From: Candidatus Micrarchaeota archaeon | GTDB taxonomy: Archaea > Micrarchaeota > Micrarchaeia > Anstonellales > Bilamarchaeaceae | Assembly: GCA_018304385.1 (NCBI GenBank) | Contig: JAGVWJ010000003.1 | Location: 1 to 35,400, forward strand | Length of the DNA stretch: 35,400 nucleotides | Direction of reading: 5' to 3' | Shown here: positions 1 to 10,555 of the stretch, piece after piece | Layout: each line of letters starts with the position of its first letter | Position numbering within the stretch: the first letter of the stretch is position 1 | Translations under genes and position numbers: made by a program | Notes under the pieces: model-generated | The model's database searches: none | What the model was told of the DNA's origin: nothing | The model's input: the letters and a program-made list of their open reading frames with translations, nothing else

Positions 1-1358
1 TATTTCTAACACCTACTAAGCCGCTAGCAAAGCAGCATTTTGAATCTGTTAAAAATATTTTAGGCTTGGATGAAACGAACGTAACTTTGGTTACCGGCGA
101 AATGAAGCCTGAAAAGCGCATAAAAGAATATGAAAAGTCGATTGTAATCACTACGCCGCAAACAATCCGAAATGACTTTGAAGAAAATAGTTTAAACGCG
201 CATTTTGCGCTCTGTATAGTAGATGAAGCGCATAGGTCAGTTGGGGACTACGCATATGTTTACGTAGCAAATAAAATGAAAGAACAAAATGCGCTAATTG
301 TTGGTTTAACCGCTTCGCCCGGAGGCAAGGCAGAGCGCATAAAAGAAGTTTTGGACAATTTACACATTCAAAATATCGAAATTCGAACGAGCTTAGATGA
401 GGATGTAAAACCATACGTGCAGCAGAGCTTCATAAAATGGATTCCAGTTATGCTTTCACCAACACTTAAACTAATTAAACTTACGCTAGATGAAATGATT
501 TCGAAATACGCGCACGCACTTGGAGCTTTGGGTTTTCCACCGCCATTAAGAAACAAAGGAATGTTCATGAAGCTGCGTGAGCACATTCTAAATATCCCAC
601 ATGGTATCAAGTATCCTGCCTTAGTAAATTATTCCGTTCTCTTAAATCTTTTACATATGAGCGAATTAATAGAAACGCAAGGTATGCATGCCTTGCGAAG
701 ATACACTGAAAAAGTAAAAGAAAAAACAAGCAAATCAGGCAAGCTATTGCTAAAAGAACCAAATTTCGCAAAAGTTCTAGAGTTGCTCAATAGCGATGAA
801 GAGCATCCAAAGTTAAAGGTATTAATTGATTTAATAAAATCGCTTCAAAACAAAAAAATAATCGTATTCGCGCAGTATCGTGATCAGGTTAAGCTTATTG
901 AGCAAGAGCTAATTAAGCAAGGTATTACAGCCAAACAATTTGTAGGAAAAAAAGATAGTTATACAAGAAAAATGCAAGAAGAAACTATTGCTGCATTTCG
1001 CAATAATGAATTCAATGTTATGGTCTGTTCATCTGTTGGCGAAGAAGGCATTGATGTTCCAAGTGTTGATACAGTTATTTTTTATGAGCCAATTCCAAGT
1101 GAAATCCGTAGCATCCAACGTCGTGGTCGTGCTGCGCGTTTGAAAGAAGGGGAAATCTATATTCTTATGACAAAAGGTACGCGTGATGAATATTTCTATT
1201 GGTCTGCATTTAACAAAGAAAAAAAGATGAAGGCAATTATTGCAAGTTTGCAGAATAGGTTAAGAAAAGAAAGGCCAGGGCTATCAAAACACACAACTCA
1301 AGACCCACAACCCATAACCAATTTACAAGGCCAGACAAAGATCGGACATTTTGTTTAA
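1..1358 (+). CDS. hef: Hef/FANCM-like SF2 DEAH helicase, 5'-truncated by the window edge, with no C-terminal ERCC4 nuclease domain
   Basis: The frame is open from the window start (FLTPTKPLAKQH, motif Ia). It also shows IVDEAHR (II), GLTASPG (III), SVGEEGIDVP (V) and QRRGRAAR (VI). The protein ends about 70 aa after motif VI. Confidence 0.9.
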   Translation, partial: FLTPTKPLAKQHFESVKNILGLDETNVTLVTGEMKPEKRIKEYEKSIVITTPQTIRNDFEENSLNAHFALCIVDEAHRSVGDYAYVYVANKMKEQNALIVGLTASPGGKAERIKEVLDNLHIQNIEIRTSLDEDVKPYVQQSFIKWIPVMLSPTLKLIKLTLDEMISKYAHALGALGFPPPLRNKGMFMKLREHILNIPHGIKYPALVNYSVLLNLLHMSELIETQGMHALRRYTEKVKEKTSKSGKLLLKEPNFAKVLELLNSDEEHPKLKVLIDLIKSLQNKKIIVFAQYRDQVKLIEQELIKQGITAKQFVGKKDSYTRKMQEETIAAFRNNEFNVMVCSSVGEEGIDVPSVDTVIFYEPIPSEIRSIQRRGRAARLKEGEIYILMTKGTRDEYFYWSAFNKEKKMKAIIASLQNRLRKERPGLSKHTTQDPQPITNLQGQTKIGHFV

Positions 1359-4300
1359 TCCCCAGCCTTTTTCAATTTTTTAAACTCGCGTGGCCTTTCT
1401 TTTTTTCCAGAGAATTTAAACATATAAACAACTAGCGCAGCTATTATCAATAGTGCAGTTGCACCTAATATAATCAAAGAGTTATCACCGCCACCACCAG
1501 CTTTTTTCAAATCCCCAAGTATAATATCACTTGCCTTAAGTGCATTGATATATTCGCCATTATCAATTAGCTCTCGCATTCGTGCTAATTTATTTCTAAT
1601 TTTGTTTTTCTCCTCTCCACTCAGCTGCGCAGCGTTAAATATATTCTCTAGATTAGCTAACTTGTTTCTAGCATCATTTTCCAAATTACTTACTATTTCT
1701 TCTATATCTTCAGCTTCTATTTCTGTTTTTTCTAGTTCATCAGTATTTCCAAGATTTTTCTCCAGGTTTTTAATTTTTTTATCTAGTTCTCCAGTATCAA
1801 TATCAAATAAATAAGCATATTTTGTTGATTTTGCATCCTTTGCCTGCTTTTTATAAATTTCAGATGATTTCTTCAACCGATTTTTAATCTCATCAATCCT
1901 ATTGCCTAACGCATCTTGTTTACTGCTTCTTTCTTTTTCCAACTTTTGTGCATCTAGTTTTGCATTCTCTAATTTTTCAGCAGCTTCTATTATATCATTC
2001 AGATCTTGTGTATCTTTTGCTGCAATAAGCGCATTCTCAACATCCTTAAACGAAGATGGCATTTCTAAAATACCAATTTTAAATATTCTCTCTTTCAAAT
2101 CGTTAAACTCTTCAGAAAGTTTTTTTCTTAATTTCTTAACTCATTAACTAGATTCTTTTCATAAGATTTCTCTAGTTGTGCTAGTTTCTCTATTGCGTCT
2201 TCAGATGGTATTTTGTAATTATTTAGTGATCCATTAATCTCAGTGATCCTTAATTCTATTTTTTCATTTATTTCGCTACTTACATTCTTGCCTTTAGCAT
2301 TTTCCAGTGCCCTTTCCAATTTTCTCAGTTCATTGTTTAGTTCGTTAACTAATTTCTGGTGTTTCACTTCAGATTTTTGTTTTTGACCATTGTCCTTTTC
2401 TATATTTCTTTCAATTTCAACAATTTTCTTAAGCGCAGTTTCACTATCATTTTTGGTAAATTTATCCTTAGCTTCTTCTAGACGGAGTTTATCATCATTA
2501 CTTAGATTATAAGAATCAAAAAGAGCTATTTTTTCATTTATATAATCAGAAACATCCTCAATGTTATAGATAACTCTTACTATTGCGTCGCTATCTGCAT
2601 CTATATCATTCACATCAAACAAAACAATTCCATTATCTAACTTTTTTATATTATTTAAGCGCTCGCCACTAAGTTTCTAGTTTGTGTTTTCCTTTCTCTA
2701 GTTCTGCACCATTGTATTGTAATCCATCTATTTCTACTTCGTCACCAAGCCACATTGCCGCATTTATTTCCAATTCAAAATCTATATTTTCCTCTATATT
2801 AGCGCTTCCATCAGCATTCCCAACTGCACTGACCCTTTTATTTATACTTCTTGCCAGAATTTCCTGTTTTTCAATTTTTATTATATAATTAGCATATGGT
2901 TCAATTTTACTAAGAATTATTTTTATTCTACCTTTAGTTTTTATTACCTCAACATCATTATCATCATTCATATCACTTTTGAAAATCTCTAAATCATAAG
3001 GAAACTCAAAATCAATTGCTGTGTTCTCAGCACTAAAACCCAAATTATTTGAAACCGCAAAAATAATTTTGATATCCGTCGGTTTATCTAACTCTACTAT
3101 ATCAAAACTAAGATCGCTAGTTTTTTCTAGAGCATTTAATACTATGTCTTTGCGAGATTTCCCTAACTCTACTTCTATTTCATTATATGCGTTCCTGATC
3201 TCTTTTAGCTTTCCAATTGCTTTTCTATAATTTATTCTTCCATCTGAATAAAAAGCATCTTGCTCAGTGCCAGCCAAGGTCGTCTTTAGATCTGCAGTTG
3301 CTTCTTTTCCTAGTTTTATTTGTTTTAACAGTTCCTTCCTTTTATTTTCTAAATTTCCATACAATATTTTAGCTTTCGTTAGTATGCTATTTTCAATGTT
3401 TTTTACATTCTCCAAAACCCAAGTTTGCTCTGTTTTTTCAATTAATTTTATCTCTTCATTTTCATAACTAGCATCTATCCCATCGTTTTCCGCAGCCTTT
3501 ATTAGTTTTTTAACATCACTAATAGCAGCCTTTATGCTAACTATCTTTTCCAATGGTTTGTTTTCAAAAATGTTTATTGCAAACCGTACATTTGTTGCAG
3601 CTTGATCAAAATATTCAAACTTATCGCCAAGTGCGCTAGCATCATTTGCCTTTTCAAAAGCTACCTTTGCTTTTTCATAATTTTTTGTCGCCTCATCATG
3701 GATAAAATTATCTTTTGTTATTTTTTCGAATTCTTCTAATAAGGTACTTGCTTCTTTTTGTTTTTCCTCAACCATTTCTTTGAGTTTATCATTTATTGTA
3801 TTTATGCTCCCATCAATGTTATGGTATGTTTTTTCAATATCCTTGAGCACGGTAACTGAGTTTTTAATATACCCAAGTTTCTTTGTCATATACGTTTTTT
3901 TCGCATCATCAAACTCTTCTGCTGCTTGTTCAACATTTGTTTTTATCTCAATAAACATATTACTGATAGTTTCCTTTTTCTCATTGCTGAGCGTTTCACT
4001 TATTACAAAACTCGCAGTTATCTTCTCTGGTATTTGCTTTTTCAATTCATCTAATTTTTTATTAGCCTTAGCTTCCAGTTCTTCTGTTTGTTGGAACAAT
4101 ACCTTGGTATCATCCTCTGCTTCATTTAGCTTTTGTTCTGCAAGCGTTACAATACTTTCAGCCTCCTTTATAGCGCCAGTATCGTTCCATATGATATCGA
4201 TGAGTTCGCTATAAGCTGTGGTGTTTGGCAAAGATTTAGAAAATCCGCTTTTCAGATCGTTTTGGAGTTTTATTATCTGCTGCGAGCTCGTTCCATATTT

Positions 4301-5083
4301 TCCATTTGCTCCAGTTTCCATTATGTCCTCAATATAATTACACGCTTCTCTGCCAGTTGAATAGTAATCATTATCGCAAACGCCAGTATACTTTAATTTT
4401 TTATACGCGTCTGCTGCTTCATTCCATTTATTTTCAAGCTCTTTAAATGAATAATCAATCGCATCAATTGCGCTATCCATTAAAGCGCGCCATTTTTTAC
4501 CGTATTCTGAGCATGTTTCAGCAAGTTCTATAATTCTATCATCTTTGGTGTTCGAGAATAGAGCTCCAAATATGTTAGATAACCCACCGATTGCACCTCC
4601 AACAACAGCACCAACAATGCCACCTACCACAGCACCTGGTACGCTAAAAACCCCGCCACTAGGAAGACCAAAGATAAGAGCGCCAGCGGCTGCACCAACA
4701 CTTGCCCCATTTAGGGCATCACCTGCGCTTTTATTTAATATTTCATCAAGTTTTTTCGTTGGGTTTTTCTGAATATCAGCATAAACATCTGCGCATTTCT
4801 TAGCTGCAATTGAGGTTTCTTCTTTATTTTTTATAGCAGTGTTTATTAGACTCTTAAAATTAGAATCTCCTATGTCTTTAATTTTATCCAGCCTTAATTC
4901 GTTTATTGGTATATTAAGCAATCCAGGAAACCAAATATCCTTGTTGCTAGCATATAGTATATTGGGGTTATTTACAAGCCATGCTTGATCATGCCATGGT
5001 CGTGGAAAAGCAGAAATTGCAATCTGGCAAAAAAGGAATAATAAAATTAGCAGCGCGATTCTAGTTCGCAAGTTACCTCCCAA
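1355..5083 (-). pseudogene. Large secreted, membrane-anchored coiled-coil protein (~1240 aa if restored), split into three ORFs (2669-5083, 2128-2622, 1355-2098)
   Basis: ORF1 has an N-terminal signal peptide and glycine zipper, and only ORF3 has a C-terminal TM. Removing a 7-nt imperfect duplication (2672-2685) and an 8-nt perfect duplication (TTTCTTAA x2, 2124-2139) gives a continuous frame. Confidence 0.8.
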
Positions 5084-5162
5084 GTTATTAGCTAGCTAAA
5101 GGTTTTATATATTTCTGTTTATTATATGTTAAGAATAATAAACGCTTAGAGGGTGGACTAAT

Positions 5163-6227
5163 ATGAAGATTCTAATTGCTGATAAGTTAGATGAAGGTTC
5201 ATTGGTCAAATTACATAGTGCTTTTGATTTAGATCGTGCGGAAGTAGTTAATGCGCCTGCACAAGAATTAGGTCTTGATCGCGAGGGAGGTTGCGCTAGG
5301 AATCGTAGGTTCCTGGCATTTGAGCAGGAGTTGGCTACAGCTGATGTACTCATTGTTAGAAGCACGACAAAAGTGAATGCAGATCTTTTAGCCTATGCAC
5401 CAAATCTTAAACTGGTAGTAAGAGCTGGAAATGGAATGGATAATATAGATCGCGCCGCATGTTCTGCGCGTGGCATAGAAGTTAAAAATGCAGCTGACTT
5501 CCGCGCAGTTACAGAAGCAACAGTCTATGCGATTATTGGGCTGCTTAGGCAAATACCAAGAATACACGCTGCAATGGTTGATGGGCGATGGGAAAAAATT
5601 ATGGGTGCAGAGCTCGCAGGAAAAACAGTTGGCATAGTTGGCTATGGAAAAATAGGAAGCAGTGTTGCTAAAGTGCTTTCTGCGCTTGGTGCTAATGTAA
5701 TATTTTCTGATGTTGTTCCTAAAGAAACAAATGGAGTTGCAATAAAGCAGGTTGCGCTGCCAGAGCTATTAGCTACGAGTGATATTGTATCATTGCATTG
5801 CGATCTAACTGCTGATAATAAAGGTATGATAAATGCTAGTGCACTTGATAAAATGAAAAAAGGTGCATTATTAGTTAATTTTGCGCGTGCAGAGCTAGTT
5901 CATACAGATGCAGTTTGCATTGCTATAGAAACTGGCAAGCTAGGTGGTGCACATCTTGATGTATTCGAACGTGAGCCAAAAGAGCAAAAAGCAGCATTTG
6001 ATGCAGGTAGGATTCGTGCACTAGCACAACGAGGGTTTAATGTTTCATTATCGTCTCATATAGGTAATCAAACTAAAGAGGCGCAATTACGCATTGCAGA
6101 TGAGGTCGTTTCAATAATAAGAAATTTTATTGACGCAAGAAAGCTCGTAACAGAAAGGCGACCTATTAGACTGCCAGCAACACAAGCAGCTGCCGGACAA
6201 CCTGGCCGTACACAACATTCCGGTTGA
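5163..6227 (+). CDS. serA: D-3-phosphoglycerate dehydrogenase-like D-2-hydroxyacid dehydrogenase (short type, no ACT domain)
   Basis: Motifs DVLIVRS, VRAGNGMDNID, GKTVGIVGYGKIG, LDVFEREP and SHIGNQTKEAQ. It carries an ~18-20 aa insertion near the N-terminus. Substrate specificity is not proven. Confidence 0.75.
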   Translation: MKILIADKLDEGSLVKLHSAFDLDRAEVVNAPAQELGLDREGGCARNRRFLAFEQELATADVLIVRSTTKVNADLLAYAPNLKLVVRAGNGMDNIDRAACSARGIEVKNAADFRAVTEATVYAIIGLLRQIPRIHAAMVDGRWEKIMGAELAGKTVGIVGYGKIGSSVAKVLSALGANVIFSDVVPKETNGVAIKQVALPELLATSDIVSLHCDLTADNKGMINASALDKMKKGALLVNFARAELVHTDAVCIAIETGKLGGAHLDVFEREPKEQKAAFDAGRIRALAQRGFNVSLSSHIGNQTKEAQLRIADEVVSIIRNFIDARKLVTERRPIRLPATQAAAGQPGRTQHSG

Positions 6228-6258
6228 TTATTTAAACAATTCCATCTATTTTCTTTTT

Positions 6259-6909
6259 ATGAAATCTATCTTTACAGGAGTTTATTTATTAGATAATAAA
6301 CTGGCAACTCTTAATGCTGTGCCCGGCAAACAGGTTTACAATGAACACTTAATTAAAAGAGAAGGTAAAGAGTTTCGCCTTTGGGATCCATTTCGCAGCA
6401 AGCTTGCAGCAGCAGTAAAAAAAAGCCTGAAAACGTTTCCATTTGTAGCAGGTTCCAAGGTGCTTTATCTAGGTGCATCTACTGGTACAACTGTTTCTCA
6501 TTTAAGTGATATTATTGGCAATGGTGAAATCTTTGCTATAGAAATATCAGCGCATGTTATGAAAAGCCTGCTTAGGTTAGCTGATCAACGCAATAACATT
6601 ATTCCGATTCTTGCAGATGCAAACAAGCCAAGAGAATATAGAGATGTCGGACAGGTTGATGTGTTATACCAAGATGTCGCACAGGCAAATCAATCTGAGA
6701 TATTAATAAAAAATGCACAGCAATTTCTCAAACCAGAAGGCATTGCAATGCTTGCAATAAAAAGCCAGAGTATAGATGTAACGAAGAAGCCAAGCGAGGT
6801 ATTTGAGCAGGAATTAAGAAAATTATCTGAATTTTTTGAAGTGCTGGAAACGTTTGAGTTGGAGCCATTCGACAAAGATCATCTTTTTGTTGTTTTAAAA
6901 AAGCTATAA
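6259..6909 (+). CDS. flpA: Fibrillarin-like rRNA/tRNA 2'-O-methyltransferase
   Basis: WDPFRSKLAAA, VLYLGASTGTTVSHLSDI, NIIPILADA and YQDVAQANQ are typical fibrillarin motifs. Confidence 0.96.
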   Translation: MKSIFTGVYLLDNKLATLNAVPGKQVYNEHLIKREGKEFRLWDPFRSKLAAAVKKSLKTFPFVAGSKVLYLGASTGTTVSHLSDIIGNGEIFAIEISAHVMKSLLRLADQRNNIIPILADANKPREYRDVGQVDVLYQDVAQANQSEILIKNAQQFLKPEGIAMLAIKSQSIDVTKKPSEVFEQELRKLSEFFEVLETFELEPFDKDHLFVVLKKL

Positions 6910-6990
6910 TTTTCGAGGAAAAAATCCTCAAAAAAAAAACGAAAGATTTATAAAGCTTATTTACTTACTTATTCCGAAGGTGACTTTACC

Positions 6991-9180
6991 ATGGTGCAAA
7001 AAGGAATTTTATTGATTTTTTTAGGAATTTTATTAGTTTCTAATATTGGATTTACGATGTTTGTTGGTGGGATTGTAGCACACGTTACTAATTGTGCAAC
7101 AGAAGCTATACCAACTGGGAATAGTGTACCGGGGGCCATAAGTTCAGCTGCAGTTACTGGCAACGCAACCGGAAATTGGACGCTTGGAGCAAACTTATCT
7201 GTGTCTACCTCTGGTTATGGCAGTGGAAGGGTTGTTTTTAATACTACTGGTTCTACCATTGCTGCATGTATTAACATAACTGCTGATAACGTTGTATTCG
7301 ATATGAATGGTAGTGTGATTCAACTTTCTAATGCTGCTGGATCAACTCCAACCGTAGTAGGTATAAGGGTGGAAGGTGCTAATAATGTGACTATTAGAGA
7401 CGGTTATATTAATGTGAGTACTACCAGCGTGACAGAGGCAACAGCCAACTATTTCGGTATTATGATAAATGGCAGTTCGAACGTAACTATAATAAATGTT
7501 AGTATGACTTCAATGAGTGGTCCAAATGTTCCTGTGACAACCAGTATTGGTATTAATATAAGTAATCTAGATAATGCAATTGGGTCTACCCCTGGTGGTA
7601 TTTTAATAAACAACACCAATATTTCAAATGTTAGTACAGCCGGAATTAAAATAGAAAATTCAACAAACGTTACTATTCTTAATTCTTGGTTTAATGCAGG
7701 AGGTTCGGGAACCTGGTTGAATGGGGTGCCTGCAATAAGTGCAACCCACCAAAATGTGACTAGTGGTACTAATGGTGGCGATAGATACGTAAATGTAACA
7801 ACCACTATGTTTAATTCAACACTAGCAAATGTCACCGTCTTCTTTTATGGCAATCTTTCATTTGGTCCGCAGCACCTTATGCCACTTCCAGATAATCTGC
7901 CTGCAGGTGGTGGAGCCATAGGTGGAACAAAGAAATGGTTTGGACATATATTAAACTTTAGCAGCTCAGATAGTGGTTCAATTGCAAACATTACCTTCCA
8001 TTATACAACCAGCCAGATAACAACAGCCCCAGCTGAAGACAGGTTGACCATACATAGGTTGGGTTCATCAACCGGTGACGTCTGGTCTCTTCCTATGGAT
8101 GTAACAAGGAATCTATGGTATACCAATTCAGTAACAGCTACAAACGTTGAATTATTCAGTGCATTTGCGTTATTTGGTGACGATACTTATAATAATCCAG
8201 ACTCCTCAACTACTAGCAATCCATATTCAGGCAAATCAGACGTTCCAAATCCAACACTAGATTATTCATGTTCTGATAAGAAAATAACAGTAAAAACTGA
8301 AAGCGAGCTTAGTGGTGGCAGTATTAGTATGAAATATTATTGCGCTGCTTCAGCTTCATGTGGAAGCTGCAATGGAGGTGCAGTAGGTAATTATGACTCA
8401 TCAATAAGCTCTGACGGAACAGCAACATTTGATTACTTTGGTCCAGGTGAATATCAATTTGAAGTTACTTCTGTTGGTTCTAGTGAAAACTACAGACCAA
8501 CTGTTTGGTATAACTCCAATTGGGCATGCTACAAACCAGATGAATCATGTACAAAAGAATGTACTCCAACAAAAGAAAGCTGTGCAGATGGTAGCTCAAT
8601 AGAAACTAAGAGTTGCGATGCACAAGGAAACTTAGTTCCAACAAACAATGTTTGTCCAAAGTCAGCACCACCACCAGCGCCAGAACCTGAACCAGAACCT
8701 CAACCAGCACCTACTCCAGCACCAACACCATCTCCGACCCCTCAGCCACCGCCACAACCACCAAAAGTAACCTTAGATCTTACAACTCCTGATAAAGCAG
8801 AGGTAGGAAAAGAATTTGTAGTAAAGGCAACAAAAGATGGCAAGGCTTGTACAGGGTGCTCATTAGTTGTAAAAGGTCAGGATGGTAAAGAGACAAAATT
8901 CACAACTGACAAGAATGGGGAAGCAAAGGTTACACTTGCAAATAAAGGGTCTTATGATCTATCATTATTAACTGACCAAGGAACAGTTGCAAAGAAGAGA
9001 ACTGTTAGTGTAGAATTAGCACTTGGCACAGCAGGGCCAGAAAAGAAAACTGGTGCAGGATTCCTTGAAGATCCAGGCGTTCAAACAGGCTTAATTGTAG
9101 TTGTTGTAGTCCTAGTGCTTGCAGCAGTTTATTTTTGGTTCACTGGTCAAGGTAAAGGAAAGCCTGCTTACAAGAAATAA
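6991..9180 (+). CDS. Large cell-surface glycoprotein/adhesin: beta-helix-like Asn/Thr-rich region, Cys-rich region, Pro-rich linker, Ig-like domain, C-terminal TM
   Basis: Signal peptide, many N-x-S/T sequons, repeated NVTI strands, a PEP/PAP/PTP linker (~8665-8765), a TDKNGEA Ig-like motif and a hydrophobic C-terminal anchor with basic tail. Confidence 0.75.
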   Translation: MVQKGILLIFLGILLVSNIGFTMFVGGIVAHVTNCATEAIPTGNSVPGAISSAAVTGNATGNWTLGANLSVSTSGYGSGRVVFNTTGSTIAACINITADNVVFDMNGSVIQLSNAAGSTPTVVGIRVEGANNVTIRDGYINVSTTSVTEATANYFGIMINGSSNVTIINVSMTSMSGPNVPVTTSIGINISNLDNAIGSTPGGILINNTNISNVSTAGIKIENSTNVTILNSWFNAGGSGTWLNGVPAISATHQNVTSGTNGGDRYVNVTTTMFNSTLANVTVFFYGNLSFGPQHLMPLPDNLPAGGGAIGGTKKWFGHILNFSSSDSGSIANITFHYTTSQITTAPAEDRLTIHRLGSSTGDVWSLPMDVTRNLWYTNSVTATNVELFSAFALFGDDTYNNPDSSTTSNPYSGKSDVPNPTLDYSCSDKKITVKTESELSGGSISMKYYCAASASCGSCNGGAVGNYDSSISSDGTATFDYFGPGEYQFEVTSVGSSENYRPTVWYNSNWACYKPDESCTKECTPTKESCADGSSIETKSCDAQGNLVPTNNVCPKSAPPPAPEPEPEPQPAPTPAPTPSPTPQPPPQPPKVTLDLTTPDKAEVGKEFVVKATKDGKACTGCSLVVKGQDGKETKFTTDKNGEAKVTLANKGSYDLSLLTDQGTVAKKRTVSVELALGTAGPEKKTGAGFLEDPGVQTGLIVVVVVLVLAAVYFWFTGQGKGKPAYKK

Positions 9181-9184
9181 GCCA

Positions 9185-9260
9185 TGAGTTTTGAGCAACG
9201 AGTTTGGAGTTAGGGATAGTGAGTAACTCAAGACTCAGAACTCACGACCCATAACCAATC
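9185..9260. repeat. Degenerate heptamer array forming an imperfect inverted repeat, possibly a terminator
   Basis: TGAGTTTTGAG...CTCAGAACTCA can pair over 11 bp with one G-T. The right arm has units AACTCAA/GACTCAG/AACTCAC/GACCCAT/AACCAAT. Confidence 0.6.
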
Positions 9261-9316
9261 ATCTATTTTTATTTTTTTTCTTTCTAATTTTATACTAGTG
9301 CTGAATTAATATTATA

Positions 9317-10555
9317 GTGAGATCCATGAATTTTGATGTTATTGTAGTAGGTGGAGGGCCAGGTGGCAGTACAACTGCATCGTTCCTAGCTAAAAAATAC
9401 AATAAAAAAGTCTTATTGCTTGAGAAAGAGCAATTCCCTAGGGATAAACCTTGTGGAGATGCAATATCTGGAAAAAGCATGTCAGTGCTTGCTGATTTGG
9501 GGATAAAATCCAATGTTGAAGAAGTAGATCCTATTAGGACGCATGGTGTCATAATAAGTTCGCCAAACGGTACGGTGCTTGATATTCCTTTCAAATCAAA
9601 AGATCCAAATCGCCATAGCTATGGTTATGTATGCAAGCGTTTTGTTTATGACAATGTACTTTTTCAGCATGCAAAATCATTGCCAAATGTAACAACTATA
9701 GAGAGTTTTCATGTGAACGACTTAATATTTGAAGGTACTCAGCTAGTTGGTGTTAATGGAAAGGATTTAACAAGCGGTAAAGAGCATGAGTTTCGTGCTA
9801 AAATAATTGTTGGTGCAGACGGTGCAAACGGATTTGTTGCAAACAAGCTTAGCGTTGGCGGCTTGAACGAGTGGCATAGTGTTGTTTCTATACGTGCATA
9901 TTATGATGGTGTAGAAGGAATGAAACCTGCAATAGAAATACATTTTGTTGATTCGCTCATTCCTGGTTATTTCTGGATATTTCCAACAAGCAAAAGCGAA
10001 GCAAATGTTGGCGTTGGTATGATAACTGCCGATATGAAAAAGAAACGTGTAAACCTGCAAAAAGCAATGTTTGATATTATTGAGAACAATGCATTGCTTT
10101 CGCCTCGCTTTAAAAATGCAAAAATAACATCTGAGATAAAAGGCTGGAATCTTCCGCTTGGATCTAAAATAAGAAAATGTAGCGGTAATGGATACTTGCT
10201 CGTAGGTGATGCAGCCTCGCTTATCGATCCATTTAGTGGTGAGGGCATTGGCAATGCAATGTATTCTGGCAGATTAGCTGCGCGCATAATAAATAACGCA
10301 TTTGAGAATAATGATTTTACAGAAGCAACACTTGGTGAGTATGAGCGCAGATTGCATGAAGAACTTGACTATGAGCTGGGTATTTCATATAAGCTTCAAA
10401 AGCTTGGTCAGAATAAGTTTTTGCTTAATTGGGTTATAGGCAAGGCAGCGCGCAGCGAACACGTGCGCGAAACGCTTTCTGGTATGCTTGCGAATACACA
10501 AGCTAAGAAAGGTTTGGTTAATCCGCTATTCTATTTGAAGCTGTTGTTTGCTTAA
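9317..10555 (+). CDS. Geranylgeranyl reductase family FAD oxidoreductase (DGGGPL reductase-like)
   Basis: DVIVVGGGPGGS, FPRDKPCGDAI, IVGADGANG, GYFWIFP and LLVGDAASLIDPFSGEGIGNAM. Confidence 0.9.
   Translation: MRSMNFDVIVVGGGPGGSTTASFLAKKYNKKVLLLEKEQFPRDKPCGDAISGKSMSVLADLGIKSNVEEVDPIRTHGVIISSPNGTVLDIPFKSKDPNRHSYGYVCKRFVYDNVLFQHAKSLPNVTTIESFHVNDLIFEGTQLVGVNGKDLTSGKEHEFRAKIIVGADGANGFVANKLSVGGLNEWHSVVSIRAYYDGVEGMKPAIEIHFVDSLIPGYFWIFPTSKSEANVGVGMITADMKKKRVNLQKAMFDIIENNALLSPRFKNAKITSEIKGWNLPLGSKIRKCSGNGYLLVGDAASLIDPFSGEGIGNAMYSGRLAARIINNAFENNDFTEATLGEYERRLHEELDYELGISYKLQKLGQNKFLLNWVIGKAARSEHVRETLSGMLANTQAKKGLVNPLFYLKLLFA

Noticed and set aside
2660-2690. Programmed +1 frameshift or stop readthrough
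   Set aside because: There is no canonical slippery site, the readthrough frame hits TAA five codons later, and a tandem duplication explains the break more simply.
6929-6940. Poly-A tract as a phase-variation site
   Set aside because: It is intergenic and similar to other A/T tracts at gene ends; there is no evidence of a switch.
8665-8765. CCA-rich repeats in the adhesin and at 18440-18540
   Set aside because: These are ordinary Pro/Thr linker codons.
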